Below are positions 56,162 through 64,000 of a DNA stretch of 64,000 nt, piece after piece. Under the pieces are notes generated by a model. That model had not been told where the DNA came from. It worked only from the letters and a program-made list of their open reading frames with translations, and did not search any database. The DNA lies in assembly GCA_030059665.1 (NCBI GenBank), contig JANVYR010000002.1:384001-448000 (forward strand). Direction: 5' to 3'. The number at the start of each line of letters is the position of its first letter. Position 1 is the first letter of the stretch. Both the position numbers and the translations under genes were made by a program. This stretch comes from Candidatus Calditenuis fumarioli. GTDB taxonomy: Archaea > Thermoproteota > Nitrososphaeria_A > Caldarchaeales > Calditenuaceae.

Positions 56162-56834
56162 CTGATATAGCAACTATTAGCAAAGCGAACGCGCCACTGA
56201 AGTTGTACGCAAGTTCCTTCAACGCATCACGCTCGCTCTCTGATTTTGCTCCTCCTCTCAGGGACGACCATGACCACTGGGGGAACGTTGTGGATCCAGG
56301 GCTCTCCGAATTGAAGCGGGAATAGTGCCATTGTTCCGAGGCTATTTTCCACCCGGTATCCGTCAACACGAGCTCGCATCTCACGTTGGCTTCCCCCTCA
56401 AACCGACCTATGACGAAATTGCGCCCTTTGACGGAGGTCTTGAAGGAGACTGTTGCAGACTTCGTGCCAAGTCTCTCCGTAGAGAGCTCTGTAACAGATA
56501 TCTCAACGTCCTCGGACCCCGTCAGCACGATGCTGAGAAACGTCCTTATGGCACCCAACCCACGGTACGTCCCAGATAGACCTCCGCTCTCACCACTCCA
56601 TGTTATTGTTCCATCAGGCAGGTAGTCGTTCAGCAATGATGCCACATTCCTATCGCGATACTTCATCATGTGCTCCATCACGAACTCTGCGGGATCTGCC
56701 GTTACTGAAGCGCTAGACTCCCTGTCCTCAGTCTTGCTCGCCGGTACCAATAGCATCGATGGAAGCAAAACGATCAGGATTGCCGAGAGGGCTGCAACGA
56801 CGACGGTCACCAACAGTATTGCACGCGCTTGCAA
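56106..56834 (-). CDS. SnoaL/NTF2-like domain protein with N- and C-terminal TMs
   Basis: LLNDY.PDGTI.W...YRGLGAI...GWKIASEQW pattern. Confidence 0.6.
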   Translation of the reverse strand: MQARAILLVTVVVAALSAILIVLLPSMLLVPASKTEDRESSASVTADPAEFVMEHMMKYRDRNVASLLNDYLPDGTITWSGESGGLSGTYRGLGAIRTFLSIVLTGSEDVEISVTELSTERLGTKSATVSFKTSVKGRNFVIGRFEGEANVRCELVLTDTGWKIASEQWHYSRFNSESPGSTTFPQWSWSSLRGGAKSESERDALKELAYNFSGAFALLIVAISVILLFSFYRTTLSRARRQ

Positions 56835-56850
56835 ACCGTGTTCCAGACTT

Positions 56851-57864
56851 TCACTTGAGGCCCAGCTCCTTGAACACTGAGACGTACTCCTCCAATCTCT
56901 CCACTTCAGCGGTAGTTGGGAAGTATTCGAGTCCCATCTCTAAGGGCTTAGTCACCCAGTATTTAGTGACCGTTCCGGGGCGCGACGGGACCATTCCCTC
57001 CAATTTCTCACCCATCTCGTCCTGCCACTCCTTTGAGAGGGCGAAGTCGAAGAAGAGCTCGGCTGCGTTCGGATGCTTCCCACCCCTGATCAGACACATC
57101 GTCCTCATGCAAGCGAGGTCCGGCAGGTCCATGAGGTGTAAGGTGTCTACGGGTCCTCCCTCAGCAGCATCGGCCATGCTTGCCTTCCTCAATGTGGCCG
57201 GGAACCCAATAAGCTGCTCACCTCTAGCAATGGAGTGGCTCATGTGGAGTAGACACTCGTAGTAAACCGGATCGAGTCTAGTGGCTATTCCTTGCAGGAA
57301 TTCACGCCACTTGCTCTCCTTCATGCGCCTCTTCAATGCGACCAGGTAGAACGCTCCCATCATTCCCTCGCTGAAGGTCGTCACGTACTGCGTCGCGACC
57401 CTTCCTTTCCACGGCCCGTTCAGGAATTCGTCAGATGTGGCCGGAAGGTCGTCCGCGCTCAGCTTCCCGGAGTTGTAAATCATTCCTATGGGTTCGATGG
57501 CCAGCGCAGCCCATCCGCCGTCGACGTTGAAGAACGTTCGCGGATAGTATCTGAACTGATCGGATTCGTAAGGACGCGTGAGCTCTTCCCTCACGAGCTG
57601 GAGGACGGCGTAGTGTGGCACTATAACCACGTCGGCCGTCGGCAACCCCGCGTTGACCTCGGCCCTGACCCTCTGTAGGATCGGGATGGGGTGGCTGCTT
57701 AAGAAATGAACGTGGATGTGAAGATCCCTGTAGCGCCTCCTGAACGCCGTGACCAAATTCAACAGAACGCCCCTAAGGGAGGCGTAAATTACTAGGTGAC
57801 CCTCCCTTTCTGCTTCTCGCTCCCTCACCATATTCCTCGCTATGAACTGCCGGTTATCCGCCAT
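56851..57864 (-). CDS. AfuA/FbpA-like solute-binding-fold protein without a signal peptide
   Basis: LVIYAS, ADVVI, MIYNSGK...P...DE.L..PWKG, AAELFFDFALS. Confidence 0.7.
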   Translation of the reverse strand: MADNRQFIARNMVREREAEREGHLVIYASLRGVLLNLVTAFRRRYRDLHIHVHFLSSHPIPILQRVRAEVNAGLPTADVVIVPHYAVLQLVREELTRPYESDQFRYYPRTFFNVDGGWAALAIEPIGMIYNSGKLSADDLPATSDEFLNGPWKGRVATQYVTTFSEGMMGAFYLVALKRRMKESKWREFLQGIATRLDPVYYECLLHMSHSIARGEQLIGFPATLRKASMADAAEGGPVDTLHLMDLPDLACMRTMCLIRGGKHPNAAELFFDFALSKEWQDEMGEKLEGMVPSRPGTVTKYWVTKPLEMGLEYFPTTAEVERLEEYVSVFKELGLK

Positions 57865-57999
57865 TTAAGTATTGTTTATCAACTCAAAAGCATGGGAACT
57901 AAGAACGCCGTTCAAGGACGCACCGATGTTTCGCAGGCGAAACCGGGGGGCCAGCCATCAGCTCTCTTTTTATCGTCTTGCGAGGGACCCTGAACTGAT

Positions 58000-58491
58000 A
58001 TGGCGAAGGAGTCCATCGATTTCAGGGACGCATCGAACCTTTTCCTCAGGGTGGCCCTCTGGAATGTCGTTGCTGCGGTTGCGTTCACGGTCCCAGTGCT
58101 CATACCCAGATTAGCCTTCCCCATACTCCTCACGCAGTGGGGTTCAATTTACATGGTCCTCGGATATCTCGCCTTCTTGCTCTTCGGGGTCATAGGACCG
58201 GTCTGCTGGTCGGTAGTATACTACATGAATGGTCTTCTGAACTACAAGACGGAATACGATAAGGCGCTCACGCTTTTCCATGCCATAACGAATGTTATCT
58301 CTGCGTATTGTGTGTCCACCCTTCTTTTCATTGGTGGTTACATCGGAGCTAGAGCCGTCTATGAGGGGGAGTCGCTGGTCAACGTTGGCGTAGCGATGGA
58401 AGTCGTCGAAATCCCAGCCGGTTTCTTCATAGGATTAGCAATTATAAGTACCATAGTCGGTTTGCTGAACCTCAAATTCGTAAGAACGTGA
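58000..58491 (+). CDS. four-TM hypothetical membrane protein
   Basis: 163 aa hydrophobic; no family recognised. Confidence 0.65.
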   Translation: MAKESIDFRDASNLFLRVALWNVVAAVAFTVPVLIPRLAFPILLTQWGSIYMVLGYLAFLLFGVIGPVCWSVVYYMNGLLNYKTEYDKALTLFHAITNVISAYCVSTLLFIGGYIGARAVYEGESLVNVGVAMEVVEIPAGFFIGLAIISTIVGLLNLKFVRT

Positions 58492-58871
58492 TTGTAGGAT
58501 AGCAAACAGCATTCGAGTATAACCATACGCTAAGTTGATGTCGAGAATACATCTACTCGGTCATCACCTCTGAGGGATGAGTTAGCGTCCCGCCGGTCTA
58601 TTTCTTTTCGTGTTCAACTTATGTTGTCTCTTCACAAATGTCGGTTCTCTCATCCCTCTGGCTACAATCCTCATGCTTGGAGAGGCTGACGGATTAGGTA
58701 GCATAGCACCACCATACTCGGGAACAGAGTTTGGGACGGGCCGTCACGCTGCGTTTAAACCCGACTGAATGGGGGAGCCGCGCAGGGTGCGTCACGTCGA
58801 TAAAAATTGGTGACCTTTAAGATGTGACGATTAAAATATTTATTAAGTTCCGACATGATATCCGTCGACGA

Positions 58872-59786
58872 ATGCTGCGGGCCTCAGGCGTCACGAAGAA
58901 GTACGGTCGGCTGGTGGCCCTAAGGGACGTGTCCTTTGAGGTGGGCCGGGGGGAAGCGTTAGGCATACTAGGACCGAACGGCGCCGGTAAGACCACGTTA
59001 ATCAAATGCGTCTTAGGGTTGCTGAACTTCGATGGCGACATAACGGTTGACGGAATCGACGTCAAGAGGTATGGTGCAGATGCCAGGAGGAGGATGGGTT
59101 ACGTGCCCCAGAAGCTAGCGCTTCACGACAAACTATCGATCCTCGATGAGGTCAAACTGTTCGCCAAACTGAAAGGGGTTCACGATGAAGACAGATTGAG
59201 GGATCTGTTGGAGAGCAACGGGCTCTGGGAGAGGAGAAAGGATCCGGTGGGAAGCCTCTCTCAGGGCATGCGTCAGCGTCTCATACTGGCCCTTACGTTG
59301 CTGGCCGATCCAGATGTCCTGCTGCTCGACGAACCTCTCAGCAACGTAGACGTTGAGGGTCAGATGGAGATACTCTCACAGTTGGAGGAGAGGAAAAGGG
59401 AGGGCCGGACGGTCGTCATAACTTCCCACATAGTCGGTATAGGGAAGGTGATCGACAAGGCCCTCGTGATCAATTCGGGTAGGGTCATCTCGTACGGGAC
59501 CACAGAAGAAGTCATGCGACTTCTCAAACTGAGGAGCAAAATCTACCTCAAGCTCAACCAGCAGAACGAGAAGTACAGGGCCGTCCTCAATGAGTTGAGA
59601 ACCCTCAATTACGTATATCAGGTGTCAGTAAGCGGTGATTGGACTATAATCGAGTGCGACGCTGAGCGCAAACCCAATGTCATATCCCAGGTGTTGAGCG
59701 AGGGTATACGTGTCGAGGACGTGATGACCGAGGAGGTGAGCCTTGACAAGTATTACTACAAGTTAATCTCAGGTGACGCAGCATGA
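58872..59786 (+). CDS. ABC ATP-binding protein (NosF/CcmA-like)
   Basis: GPNGAGKTT, LSQGMRQRL, LLDEP, TSH. Confidence 0.9.
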   Translation: MLRASGVTKKYGRLVALRDVSFEVGRGEALGILGPNGAGKTTLIKCVLGLLNFDGDITVDGIDVKRYGADARRRMGYVPQKLALHDKLSILDEVKLFAKLKGVHDEDRLRDLLESNGLWERRKDPVGSLSQGMRQRLILALTLLADPDVLLLDEPLSNVDVEGQMEILSQLEERKREGRTVVITSHIVGIGKVIDKALVINSGRVISYGTTEEVMRLLKLRSKIYLKLNQQNEKYRAVLNELRTLNYVYQVSVSGDWTIIECDAERKPNVISQVLSEGIRVEDVMTEEVSLDKYYYKLISGDAA

Positions 59787-60613
59787 AGTTATCACCGTTT
59801 TTTGCGCTTGTAATCCATAACTTCTTCGAGGGTATCAGAGCGAAGTGGGTGGTAATATACACTGCAGTCTTCTTCATGCTCTCAGTCAATGTTCCGATGC
59901 TCGTCCTGATATCCGCGCGATACCTCCCTCCGGACTATTTAGAGGCATATCTAGCCGCGCTCATGGCGCTCTCCTTCCCGTTCCTTCCACTGCTCTCTTT
60001 GCCCCTGAGTTCAACGTCGATCGTAGACGAGAAAGAAAGCGGCCTGCTAGAATTCACACTTTCGAATCCTATCTCGCGGTTGACATACATAACCGGAAAG
60101 CTCGCAGGTCATTTCCTTTCAACTTCTCTGGTAGTAGTCGCCGGCTTCCTCATCGCAGCACTTTTAGCCTACAACGTCAGAATCAGTCAGCTATCCGCCG
60201 TCTTACCGGTGATCGGTGCTGCGCTGCTCCTAAACGCCATCATGCTTGCCCTCGGGACGCTAATTTCGATCCTGTCGAGGCGGAAAGTTACCGCTCTGAT
60301 GGTCGCTATCTTCGCGTGGTTCCTAATGACGGTCTTAAGCGACATAGGTTCTCTCAGCATACTGGTCAGCGTTGCAGGTTCAGCGCCCTACGTACTCTTC
60401 CTGGTGGCGATCAATCCCATAGAGGCCTGTAGACTTCTGGGCGTTTACGGGATAAGGAACGTCGGCTTCACGGAACTGGGAAGCGTTGGACTGATTTTGA
60501 GACACCTTGTGGGCGAGAGCGCATGGATATTCCTTCTGAGCGTCCAAGTGATCTGGCTCGCTGTGTTGATCTCGCTCTGCCTGTCGATCTTCATCAGGTC
60601 CGAGATCGCCTGA
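59783..60613 (+). CDS. ABC-2 permease (NosY-like)
   Basis: IVDEKESGLLEFTLSNPISR..YITGK, AINPIEACRLL. Confidence 0.8.
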   Translation: MKLSPFFALVIHNFFEGIRAKWVVIYTAVFFMLSVNVPMLVLISARYLPPDYLEAYLAALMALSFPFLPLLSLPLSSTSIVDEKESGLLEFTLSNPISRLTYITGKLAGHFLSTSLVVVAGFLIAALLAYNVRISQLSAVLPVIGAALLLNAIMLALGTLISILSRRKVTALMVAIFAWFLMTVLSDIGSLSILVSVAGSAPYVLFLVAINPIEACRLLGVYGIRNVGFTELGSVGLILRHLVGESAWIFLLSVQVIWLAVLISLCLSIFIRSEIA

Positions 60614-62507
60614 GCACCCTCTCCCTGACGAGAACCGCAAGGGCCAAGGCCATTATCAGGACGCTTACGATCAGCAAGAGAACGGACTGAGACGAAGGTT
60701 GAGGGGCCCCGCTTTCGGGCGAGACGGTCGTTTGCACCGTGATGGTTACAACCGTACGGACTGTTTCCTGTGCCAGGGTTCTCAACGGCCGTAGCGTGAG
60801 GAGATAGCCGGGATTGTTAACTGAGCTCATGCTCAGAACGATCCTCAGATTCCCTTCAACGTCCGTACCAAGTGACGGGGCGGCCATCGCTGGCCCTATG
60901 TTGGACCTCGATAGGAGCGGTTCGCCGGTGGCGGACTCGAGGACGTAAAGGTTTCCCGTGTAAGTGAGCGCCAGCAGAAAGTCGTTGACCGATGTGAGGA
61001 AAGCAATGCCCTCGCCTTTGAGGGTCCTAGACCATCTGATTTGTCCGGTGCTAGCATCGATTGCCATCAAAATGGCATCGGCTTGGTCAGGGAGATACAA
61101 CTCCGGTCTCGATGCGCTAGAGACCTCCTTGGACTCCAGTGGCAGCGAATAGAAGATGAGTCCCCTATCAGGGTCTGCTGCGAGGCCGAATACGCTTAAG
61201 GGTGGCGGGCTTAGAATTACGACACCGCTGCTGGAGGGAAAAGCTCTAGACATCTCTCCTTCGTTGAACGGATCCGGCGGTTTGTAATCTGATCTGTTCG
61301 ATGGCGGTCTCAAGAACCACCTAAGCCGGCCTGTCCCCTTATCAAGTGCGTAGAGGTAGCCGTTGCCGCACGCTGTGACCACCATGTCGCCGACTAACAG
61401 GACGTCGGTGTTGCAACCGTATCCGTAAACGTCGTGCGGTATCGCTTGGAAGGTCCAGATCACCTTGCCGGTCTCGGACTCTATCGCTATGACCGATGAG
61501 GAAGGGAAGTTCGGTCCCCTGCGCAATCGTCCATCCAACGACGGTAGCGGCTGGGAAACCGTCAGATAGACCGTCCCCGTGGCCTCGTCGACCGCCCAAC
61601 CGCCGATCCAGCTGGCCATTCCGCCAGCCCTCAACCTCTCGCCGTCCGCAGGCGACCAGTCACCGTACAATAATTTTTGGACGGAATCCCGGTCAAGGGA
61701 CTTCAGGTCGACAGCCTTGCTGCCGTCAAAAATCCACGCGTTCCTCAGCGATTGAACGAACTCGACGGACCAAGAGGGATCGTAACTCACCTGGGGTGGC
61801 ATGAGGAAGGTCCTCCAAAGTCTCTCAGGTCCACGCTGCGTCAACCTGAACCCCATGAGGAACGCCCTGCCAGCATCAGGTGCATCTGGGGATGTGCTCC
61901 CTACGACCAGGACCGACCTCTTCGAATCGTAGGCGAAGTTCACAGGGTACCCTCCGTACGTGCCGGCGTTTCCCTCGATGCGCTCATTACCTCCGAGGAG
62001 ATCGACGGTTGCGAGCAGCCTACCTGTGTAGATGTCGAGTAGGACTACCGATTGCCAGGGTGTGCCTATTGCCAGGGCCTCTGCCCCCGCTATGTTGACT
62101 ATTTTCACGTTGGTCACATGACCTAACTGATCCCTCAGCACCTGTGTCGAGGTTGATCCCGGTCTTGGTATCTCCAGGGTCCAGAGCAGTTTTCCGCCCC
62201 TTAGATCGAAGGCGATGACCACGAAACCATTAGTGACCACGTAGCCCACACCTAGTCTGGTTAGTGGGGTGTGGGTCACCCCGTGTATTCCGGATCTGCC
62301 CGGCGGCAGCGGCATGAACGACTCCTGAACGAGGTTGACGACGTCCTCCCTGCTCAAGTCAGGAGCCTTCACGTGCTTGACGTTACCCTGGTCGTACCCT
62401 GTCGTGGTCCAGTCTACTGGGTCCCCTAGCGCGGTGGCCGACGCTAGCAAGGCGATGAGGGTTAGAGTTAGAACGGTTGATGGGTTGACGCTCACCGCCT
62501 GTGTCAT
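60594..62507 (-). CDS. PQQ-dehydrogenase-like beta-propeller, membrane anchored (paralog 2)
   Basis: WAVDEATGTVY, RRGPNFPSSSVIAI, HDVYGYGC; signal peptide, Thr-rich linker, C-terminal TM and basic tail. Confidence 0.85.
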   Translation of the reverse strand: MTQAVSVNPSTVLTLTLIALLASATALGDPVDWTTTGYDQGNVKHVKAPDLSREDVVNLVQESFMPLPPGRSGIHGVTHTPLTRLGVGYVVTNGFVVIAFDLRGGKLLWTLEIPRPGSTSTQVLRDQLGHVTNVKIVNIAGAEALAIGTPWQSVVLLDIYTGRLLATVDLLGGNERIEGNAGTYGGYPVNFAYDSKRSVLVVGSTSPDAPDAGRAFLMGFRLTQRGPERLWRTFLMPPQVSYDPSWSVEFVQSLRNAWIFDGSKAVDLKSLDRDSVQKLLYGDWSPADGERLRAGGMASWIGGWAVDEATGTVYLTVSQPLPSLDGRLRRGPNFPSSSVIAIESETGKVIWTFQAIPHDVYGYGCNTDVLLVGDMVVTACGNGYLYALDKGTGRLRWFLRPPSNRSDYKPPDPFNEGEMSRAFPSSSGVVILSPPPLSVFGLAADPDRGLIFYSLPLESKEVSSASRPELYLPDQADAILMAIDASTGQIRWSRTLKGEGIAFLTSVNDFLLALTYTGNLYVLESATGEPLLSRSNIGPAMAAPSLGTDVEGNLRIVLSMSSVNNPGYLLTLRPLRTLAQETVRTVVTITVQTTVSPESGAPQPSSQSVLLLIVSVLIMALALAVLVRERVLRRSRT

Positions 62508-62685
62508 CTCCCCGTTAACGAGCCTGAGCCGGTGTTAAGCATTGCGGGCAACAGCCCACCGGTCTGTGAGATACAGGTTCGTCGAACCATGGCTACCCTT
62601 TAAGAACTTGATTGCTACTCTCCGTTCCTTCATAAGCCCCCATAGGAAATCCTTATCTATTGACCTCTTACTTCACCTCTACGCT

Positions 62686-64000
62686 ATGGAAAGGAAATCG
62701 GGGCTGCTCGGATTGAGCCTGGCCGTCGTCTCCGTGCTGGCTATGCTGATCACCTCTTCGGTGGCCTTGGCGCAGCAGCAGGCACTGGACTGGGCGAGGT
62801 ACAACGGAGTCCCTGGGAACTGGAACTGGAGCCCGCAGACTCAGATCGACAAGGAGAACGTGAAGTTCTTGGAGGTGAAGTGGGTATTTCCAGTACCAGC
62901 ATCGCCGTTTACTGATAGCCCATTCTATGGTGGGGGAAGAGCAGAAGGTGTCATCCACACACCATTAGTCTACAAGGGAGTAGTATATTTTGTGACAAAC
63001 TGGAACGGTATTTTTGCTGTCGATGCGGCAACAGGAAAGACGTTATGGTCAAGGCGAATAGACCCTCCAAAGGAGTTAATTGATTTGATAGTAAAGCCTG
63101 GCTCTATTCCACTCTCTATCGACCCCGATTCCGCACTGAGTGGACACTACCATCAAATCCATATATACGAACTTGGAGGAAGGCCCTATCTACTTCTAGT
63201 AACCAACTACTACTACTTAATTGCGTTGGACCCATTAACGGGTGATATAAAATTAAACTGGCCGATATTCACACCAGAATATCTTGCTGCTGTACCTGGA
63301 AATCGGGGCCTTTACGATCCTTCTACGCCGAGCTTTGCGATAGATACGAAGCGTAACATTATGATAATTGGTAGTAGCACGTCTGAGGCTCAAAGTGCAG
63401 GTCGTGGCTTCTTCGTTGGCGTGGACTTGAAGCCGTGGCTTGAGGGCCGTGGCCAGCCTCAGATCATCTGGCGTACGTTCATAATTCCGCCCCAGGACGG
63501 CAGTGACCCTGAGTGGACTTTGAAGTCGGTTGACCAGATGAGGGGTGCTTGGATATGGGACGGTGAGAAGCTGATCAACCTCAAGACCCTACCACCTGAC
63601 CAGAAGAGACAGCTCCTCTACGACGACTGGGGATTTGCTAGGTTCGTTCAGCGGTATCCGAACGAGAAGGTCAGCTATGCTGGAGCCGGTGCGGGTTGGG
63701 GAGGAGCTTACGCTGTGGACGAGGACAGGGGAATAGCGTACGTGGGAACTAATCAACCCGCTCCAGACTGGAACGCAACGTTCAGGCCAGGCCCGAACTT
63801 GTGGAGCGATTCCATTTTAGCGCTGGACGTCGAGACTGGAAAACTGATATGGGGGGTTCAGACAATGCCTCACGATATATGGGACTACGATTGCGCGTGG
63901 AGCGTCCTGCTGGTCAAGAACGCCATGATAGGCGGACAGAGACGTGATGCTGTAATCAAAGGGTGCAAGAACGGCGTTGTTTACGCACTGGATCCCGATG
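62686..64000 (+). CDS. PQQ-dehydrogenase-like beta-propeller (paralog 3), runs off the window end; absent from the ORF track
   Basis: hand translation open from ATG 62686: signal peptide, QIDKENVKFLEVKW, GWGGAYAVDEDRG, RPGPNLWSDSILAL, PHDIWDYDC. Confidence 0.88.
   Translation, partial: MERKSGLLGLSLAVVSVLAMLITSSVALAQQQALDWARYNGVPGNWNWSPQTQIDKENVKFLEVKWVFPVPASPFTDSPFYGGGRAEGVIHTPLVYKGVVYFVTNWNGIFAVDAATGKTLWSRRIDPPKELIDLIVKPGSIPLSIDPDSALSGHYHQIHIYELGGRPYLLLVTNYYYLIALDPLTGDIKLNWPIFTPEYLAAVPGNRGLYDPSTPSFAIDTKRNIMIIGSSTSEAQSAGRGFFVGVDLKPWLEGRGQPQIIWRTFIIPPQDGSDPEWTLKSVDQMRGAWIWDGEKLINLKTLPPDQKRQLLYDDWGFARFVQRYPNEKVSYAGAGAGWGGAYAVDEDRGIAYVGTNQPAPDWNATFRPGPNLWSDSILALDVETGKLIWGVQTMPHDIWDYDCAWSVLLVKNAMIGGQRRDAVIKGCKNGVVYALDPD

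Noticed and set aside
58772-58785. 14-nt match GGGGAGCCGCGCAG to the CRISPR leader
   Set aside because: GC-rich, no adjacent repeat, and no extension of the similarity; plausible by chance.

Overview
GC-rich archaeal chromosome segment (TACK lineage; Aigarchaeota/Caldarchaeales-like by inference from gene content, intron-bearing tRNA and TackOD1). It is mostly housekeeping (rps14, lysX, alba, atpB, mvk, gdhA, tandem thyX, prs, eRF1 plus HemK, valS, intein-containing rtcB, deoxyhypusine synthase, rps19e, three tRNAs, one C/D-box sRNA). Three accessory zones stand out. (1) A 2,052-bp lower-GC insertion at 7061-9118, bounded by a TTAACG direct repeat. It encodes a very divergent IS110/Nop-like protein and a hairpin-rich 3' RNA whose two 9-nt guide-like segments, each followed by an identical CAUAC box, match the left and right halves of the reconstituted empty site. 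This is the best candidate for a novel RNA-guided system. (2) A decayed CRISPR-Cas system: two mini-arrays with near-identical leaders 30 kb apart, an intact cas6, and a cas1 cut off exactly at a repeat boundary. (3) A lower-GC island from about 53.9 kb with three PQQ-dehydrogenase-like beta-propellers, a NosF/NosY-like ABC pair and a signal-less solute-binding protein. All calls are by eye from motifs; no database searches or folding programs were run.
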